Source: Mustelus asterias (taxonomy: Eukaryota). Taken from it: a stretch of DNA of 64,000 bases. This document shows positions 61,527 to 64,000 of the stretch, in pieces; the stretch's first letter is position 1; each line of letters starts with the position of its first letter. The notes beneath the pieces are model-generated. The model was not told where the DNA came from and searched no databases. It was given only the letters and a program-made list of their open reading frames with translations. The position numbers were made by a program, and so were the translations under genes. Where the stretch lies: contig NC_135801.1 of assembly GCF_964213995.1 (NCBI RefSeq), positions 145,576,001 to 145,640,000 on the forward strand, given 5' to 3'.

Positions 61527-62180
61527 CATAGAATCATAGAAAATAGAAGCAGGAGCAGGCTATTTGGCCCTTCAAACCTGTTACGCCATTCATATTGATC
61601 AAAATCAATATCCTGATCCCGCCTTCTCCCCATATCCCTTCATCCCTTTAGCCCAGGAGCTATATCTAATTTATTTTCGAAGTCACACAATGTTTTGGCC
61701 TCAACTACTTTCTGCATTCCACAGGCTTATCACTCTCTGGGTGAAGAAATGTCCCCTCATCTCAGTCCTAAATGGTTTACCCTTTATCCTCAAACCATGA
61801 TCCCTAGTTCTGGACTTCCCACACCATTGGGAACATTAAATCTACCCTGTCTAATCCTGTTAGATTTTTATAAGTTTCTATGAGATCCCCTCTCACTCTT
61901 CAATACTCCAATGAAATATAATCCTAAACGACTTAGTCTGCCCCCATATGACAGACCTGCAATCCCAGGAATCAGCCTGGTAAACCTTCGCTGTACTTCC
62001 TCTATAGCCAGGACATTCCTCCTCAGATAAGGACACCAAAACTGCACACAATACTCCAGGTGTGGCCTCAACACACTTTGTACAATTGCAGTAAAACATC
62101 CCTATCCCTATACTGAAATCTTCTCACTATGAAGGCCAACATACCATTTGCCTTCTTTACTGCCTGCTGTATCTGTCTCT
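61527..62180 (-). mobile_element. Degenerate CR1 3' portion
   Basis: LRPHLEYCVQFWCP...VQRRFTRLIPG; CATAGAATCATAGAA tail. Confidence 0.9.
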
Positions 62181-62535
62181 GACTTAACATGATGACTTTA
62201 CCAATAAAAATGATCTAACATGATTATTGTACAGCTCTATTTGTTAAACATCAAAAAGCTGAAATGGAGCAAGAATACTGTCTCTTTTCAAACACATGGA
62301 TCTGAGTTCACTAGGAATTTAAAAAATAATTTTAAAAAATATTGAGGATTGTTTTAAAGGTATTTTTAGTGATGCCATTGTGGCACAGTCTTTTAACCCA
62401 GCAAAACATTGAATGAAGTTGTATGTATGAACATACATTTGTCAATTTCTAGTCCATTTCATAAAACTTTCATGATTTAGATAATAAACATGCCATCCTT
62501 TTTCAGAATGCTCTACTCAGACATAATTAAAATTA

Positions 62536-62702
62536 AAAGATGTGCGGGTTAGGTTGATTGGCCATGCTAAATTGACCCTAGTGTCAGGAGGATTAGCAGG
62601 GTAAATATGCAGGGTTATGGGAATAGATCCTGGGTGGGATTGTGGTCAGCACAGATGTGATGGGCCATTTGGCCTCCTTCTGTGCTGTAGGAATTCTATG
62701 AT
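62536..62702 (+). mobile_element. 5'-truncated HE1-type V-SINE, tail A
   Basis: AAAGATGTGCGGGTTAGG...GGAATTCTATGA. Confidence 0.85.
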
Positions 62703-62885
62703 AAAATGACTATTGGATGCTTTTGTTTGTTAATTATGGATAATTTTTAAAATAATCTTACCATTGTTTGAAACTAAGTTCATTATAATCAAGACTTCAT
62801 TGTTCTTACTGGATTTGGATGTCTCTCAGCAGAATATTTCAGTATTGCAAGCAGCAGTTTCCCACATGCATTTTGTAAAAACTAA

Positions 62886-63202
62886 TCATAGAATAGAACT
62901 CTTACAATGCAGAAGGAGGCCATTCGGCCCATAGAGCCTGCACCGACAATAATTCCACCTCGGCTTTATCCCCATAACCCCACATATTTACCCTGCGAGT
63001 CCCCCTGACACTAAGGGTTAATTTCAAATGGTCAACCCACCTAACCCACACATCTTTGGACTGTAGGAGAAAACCAGAGCATCCAGAGGAAACCCATGCA
63101 GACACGAGGAGAAAGTGCAAACTCCACACAATCACCTGAGGCTGGAATCGAACCTGGGTCCCTAGCATTGCGAGGCAGTAGTGCTAACCACTGTGCCACC
63201 AT
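62886..63202 (-). mobile_element. HE1-type V-SINE, tail A
   Basis: Reverse-complement head CTAACCACTGTGCCACCAT, core and ATCATAGAAT tail. Confidence 0.88.
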
Positions 63203-64000
63203 ATAAAGTTAAAAAAGTGACAGGCTAGCGATAACAAGACTACATGACAAAATATACAATAAACTGAAACCAAACTGAGATTTGATCATTTAATTCTAAA
63301 TTCATTCAATTATATAACCGTAACCAACTTAAAGCCTTCTTAAAAAATTTTGATTTCTACCTTGTCACCAAGACACGGCTGTTTCAGCAGCACTTGGACA
63401 GTCTGTGTTAAAGAATTTGCAGAAATCTGCTTCCTCCTATTTTCTCATTTGAGTGTTGTGTGGAGCCAATGATATAATTCAATGCTGCAGACTCGCACCA
63501 CTTCAACCAATTACAGCTGTAAATCCAACTCCTCACGTTTGAATGCAAGCCCCTGAAATCAAAGATGTGTTAAATTTGAAAAATTAGGAATGTTGAATTT
63601 TTCAATTGTGTAGGCTAACCTCTGATTGATACCACTCTTTTCAAGAAGATCATTGTTGGTATGTGATTCTTTTTTTCACAAGAATAAGTCAGGATAAATC
63701 TCACCCCTTCTTGGATTTCTCTATTGAACATAAATTCACCTTTCTTACATTAATTTCCTGAAACTCATTCACTTACAGCAGTTAACACCAAATTGAAACA
63801 CTTAGCCAATGTTTCTCACCTTTATCTCATCCATTAACTTCTTATGGAACCTTTAAGGTAAGAACTCACCATGACATTACAAACAGTTCTCCAGAGTATG
63901 TGGAAGATTAGCTAACAAGATATGTGTATTCTGGTCCAACTATGCAGTCTCTTTGAAAATCAAGAAGGAAAACATAGAAAAAGTAATTTCAGTTCAAGTT

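Noticed and set aside
63361-63553. Possible minus-strand exon (FECH expected downstream by synteny)
   Set aside because: Splice-like ends are present but all three frames contain stops and there is no ferrochelatase similarity.
1-64000. CRISPR arrays, operons, prokaryotic systems
   Set aside because: Intron-containing vertebrate DNA; no regularly spaced repeat-spacer array seen.

Overview
Vertebrate genomic DNA, almost certainly shark (inferred from HE1-type V-SINEs, CR1/HER1-type LINE tails and shark-type Penelope elements). It holds two complete + strand genes in the same order as human chr18q21. ST8SIA3 has 4 coding exons (4913-5091, 9116-9238, 10268-10825, 15223-15508; 381 aa), and intron 2 has a GC donor. 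ONECUT2 has 2 coding exons (28358-29480, 46172-46464; 471 aa). Most ORFs in the supplied track are spurious or repeat-derived. The most notable signals are: (1) the ONECUT2 3' region, with a proximal array of miR-218 sites sharing a 3'-pairing motif, a distal array of miR-9 sites including one with extended complementarity, and a 26-bp duplex bridging 1.5 kb that would juxtapose the miR-9 clusters; (2) an intronic SINE composite carrying filler DNA copied from that 3'UTR; (3) Penelope-type repeats with minimal hammerhead ribozymes, including a 180-bp palindrome with one on each strand; (4) a near-consensus REST/RE1 site in the ONECUT2 intron; (5) an ATG-GAC-TGA micro-uORF abutting the ONECUT2 start. 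All matches were made by eye; no searches or folding programs were run.
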